60,730 nt of DNA, taken from NCBI GenBank assembly GCA_026025075.1, contig JAPEUI010000099.1:1-60730 (forward strand). The letters are read 5' to 3'. Position numbers and translations under genes: made by a program. The DNA is from Vezdaea acicularis. Lineage: Eukaryota. Below the pieces are notes generated by a model. That model ran no database searches, had not been told where the DNA came from, and was given only the letters and a program-made list of their open reading frames with translations. This document shows positions 51,068-60,730 of this stretch, piece after piece. The first letter of the stretch is position 1, and each line of letters opens with the position of its first letter.

Positions 51068-53787
51068 ATGGAGTGTAAGCATATTCACTCGCCCGGTAAG
51101 CTATCTCAATCTTGCTAACACCTACAAATGCATAAATCATACCCGTTCAAGTTTACCAAATAAGGTCGCCGAGTGGAGCGTCCCAATCTTCTCCAAGTAC
51201 TAGATCGAAACCTTGCTAATGCTAGATTTCGAGCTCCAGAGCTTCGCGCACCTACGCCAAATCAGTCTGTATATAGAGAAGACTGTACACAATGCTTCGA
51301 CTCAATCGTATGGCTCTCCATAAGTGCTCTATTGCTTAACATTATGCTAAGCCTTATCACCGCAGGATGACCCTGCTGGGCTTAATGTCTGTCTATATTG
51401 CTTCAACGGAGGCTGCACTACAGAGAGAGATCATGCCGCGCTACACCATAGGAACTCAGGGCATCCCCTCGTGCTTAATATCAAGAGGACTCGAAAAGCT
51501 GTAAAGCGTGATGAACCGCCAAAGAAAGTGACAAAACTAGAAATCGCTGCGGAGACTGAGGCAGATAGATACAATACCTCGATACGGGTACGATGCTATG
51601 AATGCCAAATGGACGATGTCGACAAGACATCGGGAAAGCTTCCTGCTGTCGTTGATGGTATCATGAACGCTATGACGTTCGCCCGCCAAGAAGAGGTCAA
51701 AGCCTGGGAACAAGAGTTCACAGCATGCGAGCATACCCTTTGCCTAGAGCAAGAGCCTGCAAGAGAGATCGCCTCTCAAGATCTTGGCCAATGCTCTATG
51801 TGCGATCTGAAAGAGAATCTTTGGCTTTGCTTGCAGTGTGGCAACCTGGCATGCGGACGTTCTCAATCTGGTGGTGCCCGCGGAAATGGCCATGGTCTAG
51901 CTCATGCAGACGCTACACACCACCCGATAGCAGTCAAATTAGGATCGATTACACCAGAGGGGACGGCTGATGTGTATTGCTATTCATGTAACGATGAGCG
52001 AATCGATACGGAGCTCGCTGCTCACCTTGCTCACTGGGGCATCAACATCGCTGAGCGCGAAAAGACAGAGAAGAGCTTGACGGAGATGCAGATCGAGCAC
52101 AATTTGCGCTACGACTTCTCAATGACAACGGAAGATGGCCATGAGCTGAAGCCTATATTCGGAGAAGGCTTCACTGGTTTGAAGAACATAGGGAACAGCT
52201 GCTATCTCGCAAGCGTACTCCAATGTCTCTTTGCCTTACCACAGTTCAAAGACCGATACTACCGTCCAAATGACGCACCGCCAGCAGTATCAAAGCCCGC
52301 CGAAGATCTAGAGACACAGCTACGGAAGATGGCAGACGGACTGCTCTCAGGACGCTACTCCATACCAGACTCCGATGTCACCCTGCACGAAGACTCTGAC
52401 GTACACTACCAAAAAGGTCTGGCGCCAGCAATGTTGAAGCACCTGATCGGACGAGGCCATAAAGAGTTCTCCACCATGCGCCAGCAAGACGCCTCTGAAC
52501 TGCTCCTCCACCTGTTCAAGCACATAACCCGCTCCCAGCACCCTGCCCCCTTCCGCAACCCAGTCTCTGCCTTCACCTTTGTCATGGAGCAACGCCTACA
52601 GTGCATCAACTGTCGTAAAGTCCGCTATCGCACCGATGAACAGGACAACATCTCTATCCCTATCCCCGTACGCCGGCTTCCTCACGCCAGCTCCTCCGAC
52701 CCCAAAGACGCCGACACCAAAAAAGACGACTTCGCACCTGTCACCCTTAAAGAATGCCTTGACATCTTCACCGCCGCTGAGTCCGTCGAGCTCACCTGCT
52801 CCTCTTGCAATAGCAAAGCCGGCTTCGTAAAACGCTCCCTCTTCAAGACCTTTCCCGCCGTCCTCGCTATCAACGCCCGCCGCTTTGAGCATGTCAACTG
52901 GGTCCCGACCAAGCTAGACATCCCGGTCGTCGTCCCCGACACGCCCTTCACCATGGACGCTTACATATCCAAAGGGCTGCAGCCAGGCGAAGAGGAACTC
53001 CCCGATGATGGCACTAATACTCCGGGTGCGCCCCCAGCGTTCACTCCGAATGAAGTCGCGCTCGAAGCTTTGCAGAGCATGGGCTTCCCGCGCCCGCGTT
53101 GCGAGCGCGCACTACACGCTACAGGGAACGCCGATGCCGAGAGCGCCATGAACTGGCTGTTTGCGCACATGGACGACGCGGACATCGATGACCCTGTAAA
53201 CTCGGGCGTTCCAGTCATCACGGACTCGGTGGCGGCCCCGAACGAGGAGCAGATCGAGATGCTAGGAGCAATGGGCTTTGGGCCCGCTCAGGCGAAGAAG
53301 GCGCTCAGAGAGACGGGGGGCGATGTCGAGAGGGCTGTGGAGTGGCTATTCAGTCATCCGGACGAGGTGGGCGAGGAAGAAGCTGACGGCGTAGAAAAGG
53401 GGCCCGGTGAGGGGGCCGAGGGTGGGAACGCGAAGGAACTCCCCGGAAGCGCAGAACTACCCGCAACCTTCCAGCTACAGAGCATCGTCTGCCATAAAGG
53501 CGGCTCCATCCACGCCGGGTAAGTCACATCATACCCCCCTCTCCCCTCTTTCCTCGCCCCCAAATAAGAAATTAGACAAGCCTATCACCCTCGAACAAGG
53601 CAAGTATCTCTTTACTGACCCAAATCCCCCGTGCGAAAATAGGCATTACGTCGCTTTCATCCGCAAGCCACTCCCCCACGAACAGACTGACTCGTGGGTC
53701 CTCTTCAACGACGAGAAAGTCGTCAAGGCCCTCGATGCGGATGAGATGAAGAAGTTTGCGTATGTTTACTTCTTTCGTCGTCTCTAG
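51068..53787 (+). CDS. UBP14: Ubiquitin C-terminal hydrolase Ubp14 (isopeptidase T / USP5)
   Basis: VYREDCTQCFDS, a ZnF-UBP domain (NLWLCLQCG), Cys box GLKNIGNSCY, two UBA domains (MGF) and His box HKGGSIHAG|HYVAF. Three introns. Confidence 0.96.
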
Positions 53788-54147
53788 AGCCGCGCTTAAC
53801 GGGATACGGGATGTGCTTGGTGTGAGGGGGAGAAGAATGAAATGGGGGGTTTTGGTTGGGTTGGGGGATTTCTTGTAGGTGGGTGCGTGTGGTAGATGAG
53901 AATAGATAGGAATACTGTGAATGGGGTTGGTATACATTGCAACTTCCCCGGCCGTAAAGAATAAGCGTGTGTAGTACGCGGACTGATGCATGGAGGTTGC
54001 GCAGTTGAGCACGATTATTTGTTGAATAAAACAGCCTCCCGAAGCTCAACGGAGCAACTACCAATACCCACCCTACCCGCACCGGCCATGTCACACAGTA
54101 GCCCCCTAACGCCAACCCAACCCTTCCCCTCCTTTCCGCAATCCCCA

Positions 54148-55385
54148 TCAATGCCCCTTCAACCAATCCACCATGAGGCCAAACGCCCTCACTTGCTCCT
54201 CCGCAATCCGCTCATCCTCATACTCCCCTTCAACCGCAAAGCCATGCGGCACCCCTTTAAACACCTCTACTTCATGCTGAACACCCCTCTCCTTCAAGCC
54301 CTTGATCCCCTCCTCCCTGATCTCGTCCGGAAAGAGCTGATCACCCTCCACACAGACCAAACAAAGCGGGGCCTTCACATTATCCAGATCCTCAGCGGTG
54401 ACTAACGCAGCATGCGCGACGGCTCCAGCGCGAATGACCGGCTCAGCGAGGCCAGCTTCCTCGTCTTTCCCCGCTTGTGCGGCGGCGAGGGCGAGCACGG
54501 ATTTTCCGCCGACGCAGTAGCCGACGGCGTAGAGGCCGCTGCCGGCGGCGAGGGCGTCGGCGAAGGAAGATGTGCAGCCGTTGATCACGCGGTGGAGGAG
54601 GGGCAGGATTCGCTCGGGGGTTTGCCGCGCGAGCCACATGTCGATGAGGAAGGATTTGGCGGTTGAGGCGAGGCTGAGCTTTACTTGTTCGATGACGGAG
54701 GGGGTGGTTGTTGGGGGGGCGGCAGTTTCGGTGCGGGAGCTCGTGGGGGCGGGGTCGCCGGCGAAGCTGGGGGGGCTTAGTGGGGGGGTGTACCTCTTAA
54801 AGAAGGGAAGGGGGGGTTAATGGAAGGGGGAGCGTACAGATCTGGCATAACTACCAAAAATCCCTCTTTTGCGAACTTATCAGCCTGTAGCTGGTTATTG
54901 GGCGAGTGTAGCCCGGCGCCGTTGGTTAGGAAAAGGAGCAGTTTGGAGGGCGAGTGGGGATAGTCGGAAGGTTTCGAGATGTAGACCTAACGGGGACTAT
55001 AAGCTAGCTTGTCGGTGATATGAGAGATGAGGGGATGGCAAGTGAAGGCTCACATCGATATCATCAAGCTTGGAGAGTTCCTGGATGTTGTGAGAATGCT
55101 GGACGGGTTATAGGCAGGGGAAGGAGGCATACCCCGCTTGGTTGCCGGCCACCTGCTGTCAAGTCGTTAGTGCCCGGTAGATGAGATCTCGAGGAAGTGT
55201 ACATACATAATGGCCGGTCTGTGACGCAGTGTTCCTAGATCCTCTCAGCAGAGTGCTATATCAGACAGAGGTTCGAGGAGGCTTACGCCTAGACTCGCAC
55301 CCTCTTGTGCTGGAGTATCGCCTGGTACCAAGCTCGGAGCAGCATCGCTCTCCGGTGCCTTGGTGGCGACTTCTTCGTCCGCCAT
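54148..55385 (-). CDS. Dienelactone hydrolase family protein
   Basis: ATG 55385 and five introns give EHCVTDRP, VYISKP, NNQLQADKFA...VVMPDLFAGDP, nucleophile motif GYCVGG, EGD and VPHGFAV. Confidence 0.88.
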
Positions 55386-55790
55386 GTTGTGGGGAGTTTC
55401 AAGGTGTATAGGCGGTCTTGAGCAAGGTTTTGGAGTGCTGGCTACAAGCTATTGCAAGGTGGTTGACGAAGCCATGCCTTTGTTTCTGCCGCATAAGCTC
55501 GGCTGGAAGCTGCTGCAGGCTAAGTCGCTTAAGGCCCCGCCTCCCGCAGTGGGGAGCTCGGAGTTTTGAATTTCTCCACGGGTCACCCCCTTCACAGCGT
55601 AGATGACTGCTTTCACCACTAGAGTATTGATTATGTCAAAAATGCGATCAAGTGTGATATCCAGTGATGGATTCGGTATTACTATGCAGACGCTAAATTC
55701 AAATCCAAATCTCTATGAACAATGCCAATGCCGGTTTTGAAAAAGAAAAACAAGCCTCCTTAGATGCCCTCATATACAGCCACATCCTTA

Positions 55791-58050
55791 TCAGTATCCC
55801 CTATACGCAGGGTAATTTGATTGGACAAGAGGCACCGTCGGTTGTCGATGGAACGGCGGTGGGCTCGATCCATGACTGTCCGCGCTGATGCTTCGGGAGT
55901 GGTCACGTTGTCCCAATGGGGCCGCCGCACCTAGGAGATGGTTACCCTCGGTGGTCCTTACAGCCGACCGACTGTATCGCCTTTCTCCATACCCGGGTTC
56001 CCCGTAAGCTGGGACGGGATCATAGACACCCCTAATGTGATCCTGGGGTATACTCTGCTTCCTCGAATGGCCATATGTGTTCGGGTCAATGAGGAGCGAG
56101 TTACGAGCATCAAGTGGAGTCAAGTTGTCGAGATCACGGTTCATTTTCTCTGAAAGAGTACGGGTCAGCCAGAGATAGCGATGGGGCAGATAATGTAAAC
56201 TTACCGGCTTCCTTTCTCCTCTTTCGGTGGGGGTTCGTTCGGCAGCAGACAATGATCGCGTTGACCGCTATTAAGATAGCCAAAACTCCTGTAAGTACTG
56301 ACTGTACTGCAATAAGGACAACGCCAGTAATTGTCTTAGTTTGTGTCGAGAACCCTAATTTGTCGACGAAGACCAAAACGCAAACAACCGATAAAACTCG
56401 GACGATCTGGATGAAAATATTGATCCACATGCCCGAGGTGGTGACATACGGCCTCGTCCAAACGAGTAGGCCAAGCATGAGCGCCTCGCAAATGAGCTGG
56501 CCGGATGTCTGAGTGAGACCATGGCCGTCTCCTGCGGCGATAACGGTACCCTTGGCGAACATATAGATGATGGCCGGGATGAAAACCCACCAGAGGTCTT
56601 TCTTGTATTGGTCGTAGAAAAGACTGTAGCGGCGCCATGTTTCCTTGTTCTCAAAAAGGGCGGACGAATCTCCTTCCATCTTCTTGAATCTGTGGGCAAG
56701 CTGCCAGATCTTGAAGGTAAAGGCGCCGAGGATAAGCGTGAAGACACTGAGAGTGACGCCAGCGAGAACTTTGGCAGCCCAAGAGTCGCCATGGGTGAAT
56801 TGATAGACACAGTACAAGACCCAGACGCCGTAGAGCACGAGAATCAAATTGACGATCGTCCTGGCGAGGAGGCCCCAGTATCGCTTTCGAAAACCAACAA
56901 GGTTCTTTGGGAAAGAACCGAAGAGTGCCCAAGTCTCAAGGATGACCTTGAACAGCAGGATGCCAACCGTGATCGCGGCGATGACGATAGCAAAGATCAG
57001 TAGGACAGTCATGAAGGTGTTGGCTTGAGGAATGGTCAATTGCTCGACGTAACCCTGAATCCCAGAGACAAAATGCTGTTGCTTGGATTGCTGAGTGGTG
57101 TTGCTCGCCGAAGAGCCGTTCACGCTAGTTGAAACGTCTCTTGCCATCAACGCACCATCAAATAGCATCTCAAAGGCACGCTTCGTGAGATTCGTTTGTC
57201 CTGGCGAGGATACGTGAACAAGCGTCGCATTTTGAAGGTACGCGACACTGTCGGTCGTCAAGTTCCCTCCAGTATGGTTTCGGAAATTGTCGATGCTGGT
57301 TTGCATCGAAGTCCAAGGGACCAAGCCTCCGCTAAACGCGAAGTTCTTGCTGAAGCTGCGGTAAACCGGTGGATAGTTCACACTGAGCATGCCATTCATA
57401 GCAATGGACTGGAACCACCCCATGGTCTCGCCAAAACTCGGGCTCGGGGCGCTAGTCCCAGCACCTCCCGCAGCACTCCCTGCTGCAGAGATTCCGGAGA
57501 AAACCAGAGCACATCCGGCGATTCCTGCAGCAATGTATGACACGGCTGGTACGTCCGCAGTCTTACCGTTGTTGACTGTCGACTGGATACAGGCGAGGTT
57601 TTTGCCGCCGTCCACCGACTTCAGCTCCAACTTCGCCTGCCCATCCAGATCAGGAACGGTGAAGGCGATGGAGGGAATCATGCTGGCAAAGGAAGATGGA
57701 ATGCTCTGCGAGCCTTTTGCGGCAAAGTTCCCCTTCGGGACCGGACAAAGCTGGTCTACTTTGGTATCTGCGTCGCAAGGATTGAAGTCCTTCTGGTATA
57801 CTTGAGCTCCATAGGCTGTGACCGACAACGACGCAGTAACATTCTGTATCTCCGAGCTGCTCCCCGACACGTCGAACGTGACTTGGTTTGTCGAACGATC
57901 GTATTGCACGTCGACATTGTTGACTTGAATGGTGGCATCGCTTAGACACGATGAGAACCCATCCGTTTTTATGATATCGGCTGCGAAGACTCCGACCGGC
58001 AGAGCTCCGAGCAAGAAGAGGGTTGCATAAGGGATCGATTTCAACCTCAT
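55791..58050 (-). CDS. FLC/Pkd2-like TRP-family membrane protein (ML-like domain plus TRP domain)
   Basis: Signal peptide and ML-like domain (FNPC...LCPVP...IAFTVPDLDG...ACIQS), WFQSIAMNGMLSVNYPPVYRSF and multiple TM segments. One 3' intron near 56204-56151. Confidence 0.9.
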
Positions 58051-60071
58051 GGCTGCGAGGGTCCCTCGCCGGGGCGTGACTGGGGTTCTATCGAATGGAT
58101 ATAGACCAGGGCGGCGGTGAATCAGGTCGCGTTTGCTGGGTTATTGAGAGCAACGACGAAAGATTCTGCAGGTAGTGCTGTTTCAGTCGACTGTTGGAAT
58201 AAGTTCTTTGTGAATGAATAATGCTATGCTTTGTTGTAACGCTAAAGGTTGCCGTAGCTTAAGGATGGGTTCGAAAACAAAGCTATGCAAAGGTCGTGTC
58301 CCAAGATCAACCCAGGATTAAGGTCGTGAAGGAGAATGAAGGTATTGGAAGGTTCGGCGTGGGTTATGGAGAGCTTTCAACGAAGGGAGCTCTAGCAACA
58401 ATTGGAGAGAGAGAGAAGGAGAAGAGCAGTGAGTGACGGGTTGAGAGGAGGAAGAGAAGACGAAGGTTGAAGTCAAGGAGATGGTGGAGAGGAAGGTGGG
58501 TGGAGAGCAGGCAGGTCGAAGGTTCTGCTGGGACAGGGCGTGTTCGTCTCCCTTTCCTGGCGAGCCAAGGGTCGTCGGCCGCCGAGCAAGACTTTCTTCT
58601 TCTGTGCGCCGGGGTGTTTGGGATTCAAGGGCAGCCCAGCCAATCGCCGTGGCGCTACAGTAGCGAGTGGAGCCTGGTCGCGGTTACGGTTAGTCCAGGC
58701 ACGGCCGACTGCCAGGGGCAACGCAAGCAAGACGCCGCTCGTTTCCGTTGAGGGGAGAGTGGAGATGGAGGTTATCTGCAGCACGATGGAGGCATGGGCG
58801 ATGTAGATGTTTGAGGCTCGTGCAAAGCGTCGCGGAAGAGAGCGAGGAGATCGGCCAGCTCTTATTGTTGACTCCGCACCGTCACGGGCGCTGCCAAGGG
58901 TGACCGGGGCGCTGGAAAGCTCCGACTGCGCCTTCCTCGCTACGGACGTCGCGCCCGCCACAAAGAGGTTGCAGCGAAAAAGGCTCTGTTCGGCAGGAGG
59001 CGGTGCCCGTTCGTGAAGGCAGTTGCGAGGGAGGGCCCACCAAACCGTATGCCCAAACGCACGGTTTCTATTTAATGTTCTTACGTCATCGGGAAACCCC
59101 CGTGGAGTGTTGCACGCTGGATCTCGATGGTATTTCAATGGTATTTCAACCACGACAAAGAAAGGGACTCTTGCTGGACCTCTCTCGGCCGTCTACGACT
59201 TCGCGTTTGCCGTTTCAGCGGGCGCATCTCGACTGGTCCTTGCCCAGACGGCAGCCTCGCTTGGCGGGGCCTTAGGCCCTGGGCGTCACGCCCTCTCTCT
59301 CCCCGACCAGACTCGCCAAGACCAAGCTTTTCCATGTGCACTGCGCAACCCTATTTCTGGACGTTCGCTTGCACCACCACTTCAGCTGCCAAACAGAGAG
59401 CTGCTGTCCGCGATGTCAGGCTGGACAATGCAAACAACTACATCTTGGTTTGAATCGTATCTTCTTCGGTAGGTTTGCAGTTTGTGGTCGTTGCTTTGAT
59501 ACCTGGGGCATCGTTACGGTTGTTGAATTTTCGTTTGTTAGCGGGAACGATGTCTGATCGAGCGAAGGAGCACGTGCATGCAGCAATAGTTGACGGACAA
59601 CATGAATATTTAGCTTGCAGAATCAATGAAGGCAGTAACTAGGCTCTTTTGGAATGTAAGGACTAAGCCATGATATACACAGACGATGGAAGTGGATGTT
59701 TCTTCAGCTATGAACTTCGCTCCACATTTACTTGGCAAGGCCCACGTTGACCATGTAGCAACCTTGGTGATACTTTCAGTGCGAGGAAAATTGTCTGGTC
59801 ACGCTCAGTGCGGGAAACAGTGCGATGAATATTTTTAAATTTGGTAGAAAAATTCTTCCATAGCCTTTTAAATGCGACCATGTAATCAAGGATCTGATCC
59901 AGTCCTCGTACATTTTTCACCAGAGCTCTATACGTCGCCATTAGCAGGGTAGTTGACGTACCCCGCGATGCATGGTGGGGCGTCCCGCCAGGAAAACGTA
60001 AAGTCCACAGCTTGACACCACCAACCGTGGATACATGGTGACACTGCACCAAACAGGGGAATTAAGGCAAC

Positions 60072-60730
60072 ATGTCGATTGTGGCGGGTGAGTGACCGAT
60101 CCTTCGTTCTTAACTTTCACTATCTCGAGTTTGACCAGGATCACAGACGCCATCTGGGCTCCGTCGCCAAATACAACGCGTGGACAGCCAACGCCCCTAT
60201 CCACCGACTCGAAGGGTGAACGCATCGCATACGCCGTGAGCCGTTCCATGATTTACACGCCATCTTGAAACTGCTGACTGTCTATTTTCTCTAGTCTAAC
60301 AAATCCGTCTTCCTCCGCTCCATCGACAATCCTGCCCTTAGCACGCAATACACTGCGCACACCACCCAGACGACCGTCGCCCGCTTCTCGCCCTCCGGCT
60401 TCTATGTCGCCAGCGGCGACATATCTGGCTCCGTCAGAGTCTGGGACTGCGTCGGAGAGGGCGCTACAAAAGGTTGTCCCTTCTAGCTATCCTTTCGATG
60501 CCTACCCAACTCCGCTAACAGCTCATCTGACGCAGGCGAATATCACATTATCAATGGGCGCATCAACGACATAGCCTGGGACGGCGACTCGCAGCGCCTG
60601 ATCGCCGTTGGTGACGGCAAAGAACGCTTCGGACACTGTATCACGGCCGATAGCGGTAACTCTGTCGGCGAGATAACAGGGCACAGCTCGCAGATCAACA
60701 GCGTCTCGATACGGCAGCAGCGCCCCCTGC
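60072..60730 (+). CDS. AIP1: Actin-interacting protein 1 (WD40), 5' part
   Basis: [20 protein letters not shown]...[17 protein letters not shown]...[24 protein letters not shown]...[42 protein letters not shown], with three introns. Runs off the window. Confidence 0.93.

Noticed and set aside
58250..58278. tRNA-like words (gtagcttaagg...ggttcgaa)
   Set aside because: The D-loop-like and T-loop-like words are only a few nt apart, with no anticodon arm or acceptor stem.
58473..59472. 226-aa and 149-aa ORFs upstream of the FLC-like gene
   Set aside because: R/P/A-rich GC-driven ORFs on both strands with no motifs, most likely promoter or long 5' leader sequence.

Overview
Gene-dense eukaryotic DNA from a filamentous ascomycete (Pezizomycotina), inferred from the short GT-AG introns with RCTRAY branch points and from the gene set. 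I can support 26 protein-coding genes. Most are conserved: DUF2237 (partial), RMD8-like, ELL-like, a 2OG-Fe(II) dioxygenase, RAX1, CSN7, CCC2 copper ATPase, GCN5, dynein light chain LC8, PP4R2/PSY4, a UPF0658 membrane protein, RAD1 (9-1-1 clamp), RFA1, a quinone oxidoreductase, DBP3, RFT1, a FUSC/ArAE-type transporter, ADA1, PRP6, DIM1, UBP14, a dienelactone hydrolase, an FLC/TRP-like channel and AIP1 (partial). Two are accessory-type genes: a predicted 7-TM protein and a cysteine-rich secreted protein. The ORF track misses a nuclear RNase P RNA gene of about 513 nt at 7251-7763. It is flanked by spliceosomal signals, has no visible Pol III A/B boxes and contains an internal T5 run. This suggests intron-hosted or spliceosome-dependent maturation, which is the most interesting hypothesis in the window. 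I saw no transposon, CRISPR array, rRNA or tRNA. All product calls come from motif recognition by eye, not from database searches.
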